NCBI GenBank assembly: GCA_039195135.1 | Contig: JBCCVP010000002.1 | Span: 11,841-75,840, forward strand | DNA: 64,000 bases | Direction: 5' to 3' | Source of the DNA: Pseudomonadota bacterium | Lineage (GTDB): Bacteria; Pseudomonadota; Gammaproteobacteria; Xanthomonadales; SZUA-38 | Shown here: positions 38,981 through 47,044 of the stretch, in pieces | How the letters are laid out: each line of letters starts with the position of its first letter | Position numbering within the stretch: the stretch's first letter is position 1 | Notes under the pieces: model-generated | What the model saw: only the letters and a program-made list of their open reading frames with translations | Told to the model about the DNA's origin: nothing | Database searches by the model: none | Translations under genes and position numbers: made by a program

Positions 38981-38983
38981 CCC
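38957..38983. repeat. REP-like 27-nt palindromic element, copy 4 (one arm mismatch; loop ACTCG)
   Basis: GGGTCAGATCC-ACTCG-GGGTCTGACCC. It overlaps the last 8 codons and the stop of crtI. Confidence 0.8.
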
Positions 38984-38986
38984 AGG

Positions 38987-39583
38987 CTACGCGGACGTCA
39001 GCGGCGCGGGGCTGAAGAGCACGCCGAACAGTTCGCACCAGATCACGATTGACCCAAGATCCCCGTCGGCAACGTCTGCCGGAATCTCGTAATTCTGATT
39101 GCCGACGTTGCCTTTTAGCTTGCCGAGATTGACGAAACCGCTGCTGGTCACGTCATCAGCGTTTTGCGGATCGCGGTGCTGCGCGGCGTAAACCACCAGC
39201 GCTGGTCCATTGGTGGTGCGGAAGTCCTCCAGCCGCAGCACCCGTTTGCCGTCCGGCAGGCGATAGACGGTTGCGCTGCCGGACCCCTTGTGGATTGCAT
39301 CGGCATCCCGAAACTGACCCTGCACCAGAACGATCGGCTCCGCCGGCATCGGCTCCGCTGCGTTTTTGTCCGGGGCGCCCGCCGCCGCCTCCATGATGGC
39401 GTCGCGGTTGGCCAAACGATCGGCGTCCGACATGGCGTCGACGGCCGTCATATCCAGACCTCCCTCGGCCAGTACAAACGAGAGCGGCTCATCCACCGTT
39501 TCATCAATAAACAGCGGCGACAGGAAAAACCAGCCGGCGGCAGCAGCCCCCAGCAGGACAACCAGCATGAGTATTTTTTTCAT
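38987..39583 (-). CDS. DM13 domain-containing protein (N-terminal membrane anchor / signal)
   Basis: The C-terminal ~110 aa match the DM13 pattern: GQFRDADAIHKGSGSATVYRLPDGKRVLRLEDFRTTNGPALVVY...LGKLKGNVGNQNYEIP...SIVIWCELFGVLF. Confidence 0.75.
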   Translation of the reverse strand: MKKILMLVVLLGAAAAGWFFLSPLFIDETVDEPLSFVLAEGGLDMTAVDAMSDADRLANRDAIMEAAAGAPDKNAAEPMPAEPIVLVQGQFRDADAIHKGSGSATVYRLPDGKRVLRLEDFRTTNGPALVVYAAQHRDPQNADDVTSSGFVNLGKLKGNVGNQNYEIPADVADGDLGSIVIWCELFGVLFSPAPLTSA

Positions 39584-39687
39584 TCTTGATCTCGCTTCGT
39601 CGATTGCACAAAAGACACGTGATACCGCTCGCGGCTTTCACGCCGTGTTTGCGAGTAAGATCTGAGCGGTCGAACCGAAGCAGAAGC

Positions 39688-40020
39688 ATGGCAGATAAGC
39701 CGGAACAAATCCTTCAGAACCTGCGCACCCGACTGGTGGATGAAGAGCGGGCCTTCAGCGAAGCCAGCGCCACGGTGGAACTGGACCAGACCCGGCAGGG
39801 CCGCCTCACCCGCATGGACGCCCTGCAGGCGCAGCAGATGGCGGTCGCAGCCTCGCGGCGCCGCCGGCAGCGGATTCAGCAGATCGATGCGGCCCTTCGG
39901 CGGGTCCAAAACGGTGAGTACGGCGAGTGCCTGACCCGTGGGGAGGAGATCGACCCGCGCCGACTCGAGATCGATCCGACATCGACCCGGTGTATGCCCT
40001 GCCTGGAGAAGAACGCGTGA
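39688..40020 (+). CDS. TraR/DksA family zinc-finger protein (first CxxC degenerate: CxxR)
   Basis: Start re-called to ATG 39688. Coiled-coil region followed by GECLTRGEEIDPRRLEIDPTSTRCMPC, the DksA C4 pattern with Arg in place of the second Cys. Confidence 0.8.
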   Translation: MADKPEQILQNLRTRLVDEERAFSEASATVELDQTRQGRLTRMDALQAQQMAVAASRRRRQRIQQIDAALRRVQNGEYGECLTRGEEIDPRRLEIDPTSTRCMPCLEKNA

Positions 40021-40502
40021 CGGTTACCCTCGCGGAGCTGCGGCGCCAGTTTCCCCGCGCGGGCGAGGTGATCTGGATCGGGCTGCGTCCGGCCCGCCGG
40101 GCGGACATCGAAGTGGTGGATGAGGCCACCCTGAGCCCGCAGGAGGGCCTGGTCGGCGACCGTTATGGCGGACGCTCCAGCAAACGTCAGGTGACGCTGA
40201 TTGACGAGGCCCATCTTGCCGCCGCCGCGAGCTATCTCGGGCGGGACACGCTGGATCCGGCCCTGGTGCGCCGCAATATCGTAGTTCGCGGCATCAATCT
40301 CCGGGCCCTGAAGGAGGGCCACTTTCGCGTCGGTTCGGCAACGCTGGTCTATACAGACGAATGCCACCCCTGCTCACGCATGGAGGAGGTGCTGGGGCCC
40401 GGCGGCTACAACGCGCTGCGGGGCCACGGGGGCATCTGCGCCCGGGTCTTAAGCGGCGGCGTGGTGCGCCGCGGGGACCCGGTGACCGCGCTTCCCGATT
40501 AG
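40017..40502 (+). CDS. MOSC domain-containing protein
   Basis: GTG 40017 overlaps the upstream stop (GTGA). Motifs: GLVGDRY, RQVTLI, NIVVRGINL, YTDECHPCSRM (conserved MOSC Cys). Confidence 0.8.
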   Translation: MTVTLAELRRQFPRAGEVIWIGLRPARRADIEVVDEATLSPQEGLVGDRYGGRSSKRQVTLIDEAHLAAAASYLGRDTLDPALVRRNIVVRGINLRALKEGHFRVGSATLVYTDECHPCSRMEEVLGPGGYNALRGHGGICARVLSGGVVRRGDPVTALPD

Positions 40503-40510
40503 ACGTCCCG

Positions 40511-40882
40511 TCAGCGGTGCTGGTCGATCAGGATGGGATTACCGTCCGGGTCCGCAATCACAAAGCTGGCCGGGCCCGTGGTGTTTTCATCCGCCTCCGA
40601 CAACAGCTCAATCCCTTCTGCCCGCAGCTGTTTCTGCAGATCCCGCACATCGGTGAAGCTGTCCAGCGGCTGCGCGTCCTGGTCCCAGCCGGGATTGAAG
40701 GTCAGCATGTTCTTTTCAAACATCCCCTGAAACAAACCGATCAGGCAGTCGCCGTTGCGCAGGATCTGCCAGCCCTGGGATTCATCCCCGCCCATCGCCT
40801 GGAATCCGAGTTTCTTGTAAAAATCCAGGGAGACGGAAAGGTCTTTCACGGTAAGGCTCAAAGAAAAGCTGCCAAGTTGCAT
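40511..40882 (-). CDS. VOC (glyoxalase / bleomycin-resistance) family protein
   Basis: 123 aa. Contains [19 protein letters not shown] and ends in [16 protein letters not shown], typical of the VOC fold. Confidence 0.85.
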   Translation of the reverse strand: MQLGSFSLSLTVKDLSVSLDFYKKLGFQAMGGDESQGWQILRNGDCLIGLFQGMFEKNMLTFNPGWDQDAQPLDSFTDVRDLQKQLRAEGIELLSEADENTTGPASFVIADPDGNPILIDQHR

Positions 40883-40943
40883 CGCTGCGGCTCCGTTGCG
40901 TTAGTGGGACCCCAAGGTGGCCAAAATTTGCGCCGCCGTCCAT

Positions 40944-40957
40944 CACCCAATTGGGTG
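40944..40957. promoter_or_regulatory. perfect 14-bp palindrome, candidate operator in a divergent intergenic region
   Basis: CACCCAATTGGGTG lies between the VOC gene start (40882, -) and the molybdoenzyme start (41080, +). An AT-rich stretch ttaattagataaaaat lies ~50 nt downstream. Confidence 0.3.
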
Positions 40958-41079
40958 AGACCTGTCCCCCAAACGGATGACGCACACCCAACCAGCTGAT
41001 TTAATTAGATAAAAATCCAGGCCTCCCGCCGCTTCGCCGGCGCGGTATCCTTGAAAGATCAGTCGGCGGAACTTGACCC

Positions 41080-43221
41080 ATGTCCGAAACCACGGTGATT
41101 CGGCGCGCCTGCAATCTCTGCGAGGCCATCTGCGGCCTGCGCTTCCACGTCCGCGACAACGCGGTGGTGAAGATCGAAGCCGATCCGGACGACCCGCTGA
41201 GCCTGGGTCATATATGCCCCAAAGCCATCGCCCTTCAGGATATCCAGAACGATCCGGACCGGCTGCGGCAGCCGCACCGGCGGCGGGGTGAGGGGGATGC
41301 GGCCACCTGGGAACCGGTCAGCTGGGACGAGGCGCTGGACGAGGCGGCAGATGCGCTGGCGCGCATCACGCAGCGCCATGGTATCGATGCTCTTGGCGTC
41401 TATTTCGGCAACCCCAGCGTGCACAACTACGGCATGCTCACCCATCAGAAGGCGCTGTTTTCGCACCTCAAAACGCGCAACCGGTTTTCCGCAACCAGCG
41501 TTGACCAGCTGCCGCATCACCTTGTCTCGCTGTGGCTCTACGGCCATAAGGACCTGCTGCCGATCCCGGACATCGACCGCACCGACTTTCTGCTGATCCT
41601 CGGCGGTAACCCCATGGCGTCCAACGGCAGTATCTGGACCGTACCGGCGTTTCCCCGGCGCGCCCGGGCGCTGACAGAACGCGGCGGCCAGCTGGTGGTG
41701 ATTGACCCGCGCCGCACCGAAACGGCAAAAATTGGAACGGATTATCTGCCGGTGCGCCCCGGCACGGACGCGCTGTTCCTGCTTGCCATGCTTCAGGTGA
41801 TCTTCGAGGAAAACCTTGATGACCTCGGCCACCTGGAACCCGTGGTCACCGGACTCGATGCGGTGCGCGAGGCCGTGGCCGCGTTTGCGCCGGAGCGCGT
41901 GGCCGAGATCACCGGCATTCCGGCGCCAGCCGTGCGCCGCATTGCCCGGACCTTTGCGACCGCCGACCGCGCGGCCTGCTACGGCCGCATGGGCCTTTCG
42001 GTGCAGCGCTTCGGCACGCTTAACCACTGGCTGATTCAGCTGCTCAACATCGTGACGGGCAACCTCGACCGGGAAGGCGGCATGATGCTGCCGCTGCCGG
42101 CCTGGGATACGCTGACAACCGGCAGCCGAGGCGGTTTTGGCCGGCACCAGAGCCGCGTTCGGGGACTCCCGGAGTTTGCCCGGGAACTACCGGTGGCCAC
42201 CCTGGCGGAGGAAGCCCTGACGCCGGGGCCCGACCAGATTCGCGCTCTGTTTACCGGCGCTGGCAATCCTGTGCTGTCCACGCCGGACGGCAATCGCCTC
42301 GATCGCGCCCTGGCGGGGCTGGAGTTCATGGTGAGCCTGGATCCCTATATCAACGAAACCACGCGCCACGCTCACCTGATCCTGCCTCCTACGCCGGCGC
42401 TGGAACACGATCACTACGATCTGGCGTTTCTTGCCCTTGCGACCCGCAATACCGCCCGCTTCAATCCGCCGGTGCTCGAGCGGCCGCCGGGAGCGCTCCA
42501 TGACTGGGAGATTTTCAATGCCCTGGGTGAACGGGTAGCGAAGCGACTGGGAAGCACGCCGCGATCGCTGCCCCCGCCGCACCAGATGGCGGATCAGGCG
42601 CTGCGCCACGGTCCCTACGCCGATAGCCACAAGCTGTCTTTAGCAACGTTGCAGCAGCACCCGTCCGGCATTGACCTGGGACCGCTTAAGCCGCAGTTTC
42701 CCGACCGCCTGTTTACCGACGGCAAAACGATTGCCTGCGACCACCCGCGTCTGCTGGAGGACCTCGACCGCTGCCGCGTGCTGATGGATTCGGCCGCTGC
42801 CAGCGAAGCGCCCCTGCTGCTGATCGGCCGGCGCCACGTGCGCTCCAACAACTCCTGGATGCACAACTACCACCGGCTGGTGAAGGGCCCCCGGCGGGAC
42901 ACGCTCCTGATGCACCCGCAGGACATCGACCAGCTCGGTCTCACCCCGGACCGCAACGTTCGGGTCCGCTCCCGGGTTGGCCAGGTGGAGGTGACGCTGG
43001 AACCCAGTGAAGACATGATGCCCGGCGTGGTGAGCCTGCCCCACGGCTTCGGCCATAACCGGCCCTGGGTGCGCCTGGGCATCGCGACACAGCATCCCGG
43101 CGCAAGCTGCAACGATCTGACCGATCCGGCGCAGCTGGAGCCCATTTCCGGCAACGCGGTACTGAACGGCGTCCCGGTAAGCGTCGAGACTGTCGCCTCA
43201 AATCGGGATGAGCCATGGTGA
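41080..43221 (+). CDS. cytoplasmic molybdopterin (bis-MGD) oxidoreductase family protein
   Basis: N-terminal 4Fe-4S motif CNLCEAICGL...HICPKA. No Tat signal. 713 aa with a C-terminal molydop-binding beta-barrel region. No in-frame TGA. Confidence 0.9.
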   Translation: MSETTVIRRACNLCEAICGLRFHVRDNAVVKIEADPDDPLSLGHICPKAIALQDIQNDPDRLRQPHRRRGEGDAATWEPVSWDEALDEAADALARITQRHGIDALGVYFGNPSVHNYGMLTHQKALFSHLKTRNRFSATSVDQLPHHLVSLWLYGHKDLLPIPDIDRTDFLLILGGNPMASNGSIWTVPAFPRRARALTERGGQLVVIDPRRTETAKIGTDYLPVRPGTDALFLLAMLQVIFEENLDDLGHLEPVVTGLDAVREAVAAFAPERVAEITGIPAPAVRRIARTFATADRAACYGRMGLSVQRFGTLNHWLIQLLNIVTGNLDREGGMMLPLPAWDTLTTGSRGGFGRHQSRVRGLPEFARELPVATLAEEALTPGPDQIRALFTGAGNPVLSTPDGNRLDRALAGLEFMVSLDPYINETTRHAHLILPPTPALEHDHYDLAFLALATRNTARFNPPVLERPPGALHDWEIFNALGERVAKRLGSTPRSLPPPHQMADQALRHGPYADSHKLSLATLQQHPSGIDLGPLKPQFPDRLFTDGKTIACDHPRLLEDLDRCRVLMDSAAASEAPLLLIGRRHVRSNNSWMHNYHRLVKGPRRDTLLMHPQDIDQLGLTPDRNVRVRSRVGQVEVTLEPSEDMMPGVVSLPHGFGHNRPWVRLGIATQHPGASCNDLTDPAQLEPISGNAVLNGVPVSVETVASNRDEPW

Positions 43222-43228
43222 GCCAGTG

Positions 43229-45298
43229 ATGAGCCAACGCGATTTCACCGAAGACGTAAGCGAGGTCCTGGCGGACGAACAGGCCTGGATTGCCCGCCGC
43301 CGCGAGGCCGCGGGCGTCGGCCCGGGTGAGGGTCTGCTCGGCCTCAGCCTGTCCGGCGGCGGGATCCGTTCTGCGGTATTCAACCTGGGGGTGCTGCAGG
43401 GGCTGGAATCGCTGGGCCTGCTGAAGCGGGTGGATGTCCTTTCCACCGTCTCCGGCGGCGGCTACATCGGCGCCACCCTGACCTGGCTGCGCCATCGGCT
43501 GGGGTCCAGCCATGACCAGGCTTTCTACGCTCCCCTGAGCGGCGACGAGGGCCATGTGCTGGACTGGCTGCGCAACCACGGCAAGTACCTGATCAGCCAG
43601 CCAGGCCTGTCGATCTGGACGGTGCTGGCCACCACCATCGCCGTGGTGCTGCTCAACCTGCTGGTGCTTCTGCCACCGATGCTGCTGCTGGTGGCGCTCG
43701 CGGCCCGGGATTGGCTGCCGCTGAGTTTCCCCGCGTTCCTGCTGCTCAACGATGCCGATCCGCTGATCGGTCACGATGGGTTTGTCGTGGCCCTGTACCT
43801 GTCCGCCGCGGCGGGGGCGGCTTTTCTGCTGATGATTGTGGTTTTTGCCGGCATTACCGCAACGCCACCCGGGCGGGCCGGCCGGGGCCTGACGGGCCTG
43901 CGCCGCTTCATGGGCAATCTGCTCCTGGCGGCCGTTGCGCTGTTTGCCGTTGGCATGGTCCCGATCTTCCACAGCCTGGATTCCCTCGCGGTGCGTTTTG
44001 TCGATACGGAGCTGGCGGCCGCGGTGACCCGCAACCTCACCTATTTGCTGCCGATGCTGGCCGGCGGGCTGACCTTGCTGCGTGCCCGCCGCGCGGCCGG
44101 TAGCGGCGCGGCGATTGGTCTTGGTCTGTTTCTCTACGGCTGTCTGGCGCTGACCTACCACCTCGTGGATCGCTTTGATCTGCTTTGGGACCCGGTCTTT
44201 AACACGTTTCTGCTGCTGTCGCTGACCCTCGCCGTGTTCTGCGACGTGAACCTCAATTCCATGCACCACTTCTACCGCGGCCGCCTGGCGCACGCGTTTT
44301 TGCCGCCGACCCGGGCCGGCGACGCAAACGGCAGCGCGGACCGGCAGGCCATGGCTTTTCGCCTGGCCGAGATCACCGCCGATTCCGGCGGACCGCTGCA
44401 TCTGATCAACACCACGATGAACACCACCACCTCCCCCTCGGTAAAGCTTCAGGGCCGCGGTGGTGACAACTTTGTGCTGTCGCCGCTTTACTGCGGCGCC
44501 CGGTCCACCGGCTATCGACGTACCGAAAGCTACCTCGCGGGTGCGCTTGAGCTGTCCACCGCGCTGACCATATCGGGCGCCGCCGTCGATCCGAACACCA
44601 GCCGGACCCGGTCCCGCCCGCTGGCGTTTCTGATGGCGCTGCTCAATATCCGACTCGGCTACTGGACCAACCATCCCCAGGAAAGCGGCGGCCGGCCGCT
44701 CGCGGCATGGCTGCGCTTTATCACCCGGGAGATGCTCGGCGTGGCCTTGAGCGAAAAACACCGCCACATTCACCTTTCTGACGGTGCCCACTTTGACAAC
44801 CTGGGGCTGTACGAACTGCTGCGCCGGCGCTGCCGCTACATCATCGCCACCGACGTCGGCGCAGACCCGCGCCTCACGCTGGCGGAACTGGGCAAAGCCA
44901 TCGAACGGGCCCGGGTCGACTTCCGCGCTCAGGTGGAGCTCAACGTAGACGCGCTCTACGACGAGCTGGATAAATCCCTGGCGGACCGGTCCTACGCGCT
45001 GGGCAGCGTCATCTACGCCGACGGCGCCGTGGGACAGCTGCTGTACATCCGCCCGATGATGTGCCGCGGCATGTCGGCCGACCTCTACGCCTACTGGCGC
45101 GACCATCCAACGTTCCCCAACGATCCGACTTCGGACCAGTTCTACGACGAAGCGCAATTTGAGGCCTATCGGGAACTGGGGCTGCAGACCGTCAGCCGCC
45201 TGGGGACTGGTCCGCAAACAGTGCTGCAACAGCTGTTCGAAGCCGAGGACAGCCCCGACCTCGGCGAGGCGGAGCTGCCCGAGGACCTGCGCGACTAG
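43229..45298 (+). CDS. patatin-like (cPLA2-like) phospholipase with internal polytopic membrane region
   Basis: Oxyanion SLSGGGIRS. Nucleophile motif STVSGGGY (Ser codon 43451-53). Catalytic Asp in HLSDGAHFDNLGLYELL (44780-82). About 6-7 hydrophobic helices lie between them. An alternative start at ATG 43208 would overlap the upstream gene by 14 nt. Confidence 0.82.
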   Translation: MSQRDFTEDVSEVLADEQAWIARRREAAGVGPGEGLLGLSLSGGGIRSAVFNLGVLQGLESLGLLKRVDVLSTVSGGGYIGATLTWLRHRLGSSHDQAFYAPLSGDEGHVLDWLRNHGKYLISQPGLSIWTVLATTIAVVLLNLLVLLPPMLLLVALAARDWLPLSFPAFLLLNDADPLIGHDGFVVALYLSAAAGAAFLLMIVVFAGITATPPGRAGRGLTGLRRFMGNLLLAAVALFAVGMVPIFHSLDSLAVRFVDTELAAAVTRNLTYLLPMLAGGLTLLRARRAAGSGAAIGLGLFLYGCLALTYHLVDRFDLLWDPVFNTFLLLSLTLAVFCDVNLNSMHHFYRGRLAHAFLPPTRAGDANGSADRQAMAFRLAEITADSGGPLHLINTTMNTTTSPSVKLQGRGGDNFVLSPLYCGARSTGYRRTESYLAGALELSTALTISGAAVDPNTSRTRSRPLAFLMALLNIRLGYWTNHPQESGGRPLAAWLRFITREMLGVALSEKHRHIHLSDGAHFDNLGLYELLRRRCRYIIATDVGADPRLTLAELGKAIERARVDFRAQVELNVDALYDELDKSLADRSYALGSVIYADGAVGQLLYIRPMMCRGMSADLYAYWRDHPTFPNDPTSDQFYDEAQFEAYRELGLQTVSRLGTGPQTVLQQLFEAEDSPDLGEAELPEDLRD

Positions 45299-45389
45299 GC
45301 AACCATTGGCCATCGTTCGGCGATCGTTAGCTGGCGGGATCACGGGTCCATCGCGTACCCTCAGCTTCCCGTCACCGCCAGGAAGTCTT

Positions 45390-46919
45390 ATGACTTTTTC
45401 CCGGAAACTGTCCTGCCTGCTGCTCGCCACCGGTCTGCTGGGCCTCAACGCCCAGGCGGCTGACCTCAAGGCGCTGAATGCCGAGACCGCCCGCTACGCA
45501 CACACCAACGGGGCTCAGATGCTGCGGGAGTTTCGCGAGTTTCTCAGCCTGCGCAACGTGTCCACCCGCGAGGAGGACATGCAGGCCAACGCAGCGTGGA
45601 TCACCGACTATATCGAGCGCCGGGGTTTTACCTCAAAAGTGGTATCGGCCGGCCGCTCCCCCTACGTGCTGGCCCACCGCCACGTGGACGACTCGGCCCC
45701 CACGCTGCTGATCTACGCCCACTTTGACGGCCAGCCGGTGCTGCCGCCCAACTGGGCCACGCCGCCTTTTACGCCCACGCTCAAGGACGGCGCCGAGGTA
45801 CTGGACTGGGAGCAGGCGCTGAGTGGCCCGCTCGATCCGGAGTGGCGGATCTACGCCCGCTCCGCCGGCGACGACAAGGCACCGGTCATCGCCCTGATGC
45901 ACGCCATCGACCTGCTGGCCGCCGGCGGCATCCCGCTAAGCGTCAACATCAAGCTGTTTCTGGACGGCGAAGAGGAGTTTGGCAGCCCCACCCTGCGCGG
46001 CATATTGGAGAACCACGCGGAGGAACTGGAAGCCGACCTCATGCTGTTCTGCGACGGCCCCATGCATCAGAGCCGGCAGCGGCAGGTGGTGTTCGGCGTG
46101 CGCGGCGACACGGCCGTCGACCTCACCACCTACGGCGCCATCCGGCCGCTGCATTCCGGCCACTACGGTAACTGGGCGCCCCACCCCACCGACAGCCTGA
46201 TCCGCTTGCTGGCCACGCTGAAGGACGAGCAGGGCAACATTCTGGTGCCGGGCTACGCGGAGGAAATGACGCCCGTCAGCGACGCGGAGCGGGCCGCGGT
46301 GGCAGCTATGCCGCGCATCGAAGACCAGCTGCGTGATGAGCTTTATCTGGGTCGGCTGGAGGGGGACGGCCGCCGTCTTGAGGAACTGGTGATGCAGCCC
46401 GCCATTACCATCAAGGGCTTCCAGGCCGGCGGCGTGGGCCGCCAGGCACGCAACGTGATCATCTCCAGCGCCACCGCTGCCCTGGACCTGCGGCTGGCAC
46501 CCGGTCAGACGGTCCTCGGCGTGCAGCAGGCGCTGAACGCGCACTTTCGCGCCCAGGGTTACCACCTGGTCTTTGAGGACCCCACGCCGCGGCAGCGGCG
46601 GGCGCATCCGAAACTGCTGAAGGTCGACTACGGGGAAAAAGGCTACCGGGCTTTTCGCACCCGGCTGGACGGCGCGGAGGCGAAAAAGCTGGTGGGCCTG
46701 ATCGAGGCGTTCGACGGCCAGCGTCCCCTGCTTACCCCGACCATGGGCGGCAGCCTCCCCATCTATCTGTTTGAGGACCTGCTCAAGCTGCCGATCATCA
46801 TCCTGCCGGTCGCCAACCACGACAATAATCAGCACGGCCGGGACGAAAACCTGCGGCTGGCCAACCTGTTTGACGCCGTGGGCCTTTACGCCGCGGTACT
46901 TGCAGGCTACGGCGACTGA
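45390..46919 (+). CDS. secreted M20/M25/M40 family metallopeptidase (dipeptidase-like)
   Basis: Start re-called to ATG 45390 after aggaag. Signal peptide LSCLLLATGLLGLNAQA. Motifs: IYAHFDGQP, ARSAGDDKAPV, LDGEEEFGSP. Confidence 0.85.
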   Translation: MTFSRKLSCLLLATGLLGLNAQAADLKALNAETARYAHTNGAQMLREFREFLSLRNVSTREEDMQANAAWITDYIERRGFTSKVVSAGRSPYVLAHRHVDDSAPTLLIYAHFDGQPVLPPNWATPPFTPTLKDGAEVLDWEQALSGPLDPEWRIYARSAGDDKAPVIALMHAIDLLAAGGIPLSVNIKLFLDGEEEFGSPTLRGILENHAEELEADLMLFCDGPMHQSRQRQVVFGVRGDTAVDLTTYGAIRPLHSGHYGNWAPHPTDSLIRLLATLKDEQGNILVPGYAEEMTPVSDAERAAVAAMPRIEDQLRDELYLGRLEGDGRRLEELVMQPAITIKGFQAGGVGRQARNVIISSATAALDLRLAPGQTVLGVQQALNAHFRAQGYHLVFEDPTPRQRRAHPKLLKVDYGEKGYRAFRTRLDGAEAKKLVGLIEAFDGQRPLLTPTMGGSLPIYLFEDLLKLPIIILPVANHDNNQHGRDENLRLANLFDAVGLYAAVLAGYGD

Positions 46920-46932
46920 CCAGTCCGAAGCA

Positions 46933-46951
46933 CCCCGGGTGAGACCCGGGG
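46933..46951 (+). terminator. GC-rich hairpin downstream of the M20 peptidase gene (possible terminator / RNA-stabilising stem)
   Basis: CCCCGGGT-gag-ACCCGGGG forms a perfect 8-bp stem 14 nt after the stop. No T-run follows, so intrinsic-terminator function is doubtful. Confidence 0.3.
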
Positions 46952-47044
46952 GCCCGGCTCGCTGGCGGGCGCTTCCGCGGCGGGTCAGCTCAAGGCTTGC
47001 GCGTTTTGACCGATCTATCCGGTGGATATGCGCAGGTTTACGTC

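Noticed and set aside
41080-43221. Possible selenocysteine-containing formate-dehydrogenase-like enzyme, given that selD is in the window
   Set aside because: The ORF is uninterrupted with no in-frame TGA, and I saw no SECIS-like hairpin. No selA/selB/selC genes are in the window.
43229-45298. Patatin-like protein as an anti-phage (CBASS-type) effector
   Set aside because: No cyclase/nucleotidyltransferase, SAVED/CARF or other defence-associated partner is adjacent. The neighbours are a molybdoenzyme and a peptidase.
42941-45469. 842-aa ORF on the minus strand
   Set aside because: It is antisense to the patatin-like and molybdoenzyme genes. The translation is Arg/Gly/Pro/Ala/Gln-rich low-complexity sequence with no motifs. 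This is typical of a high-GC shadow ORF.
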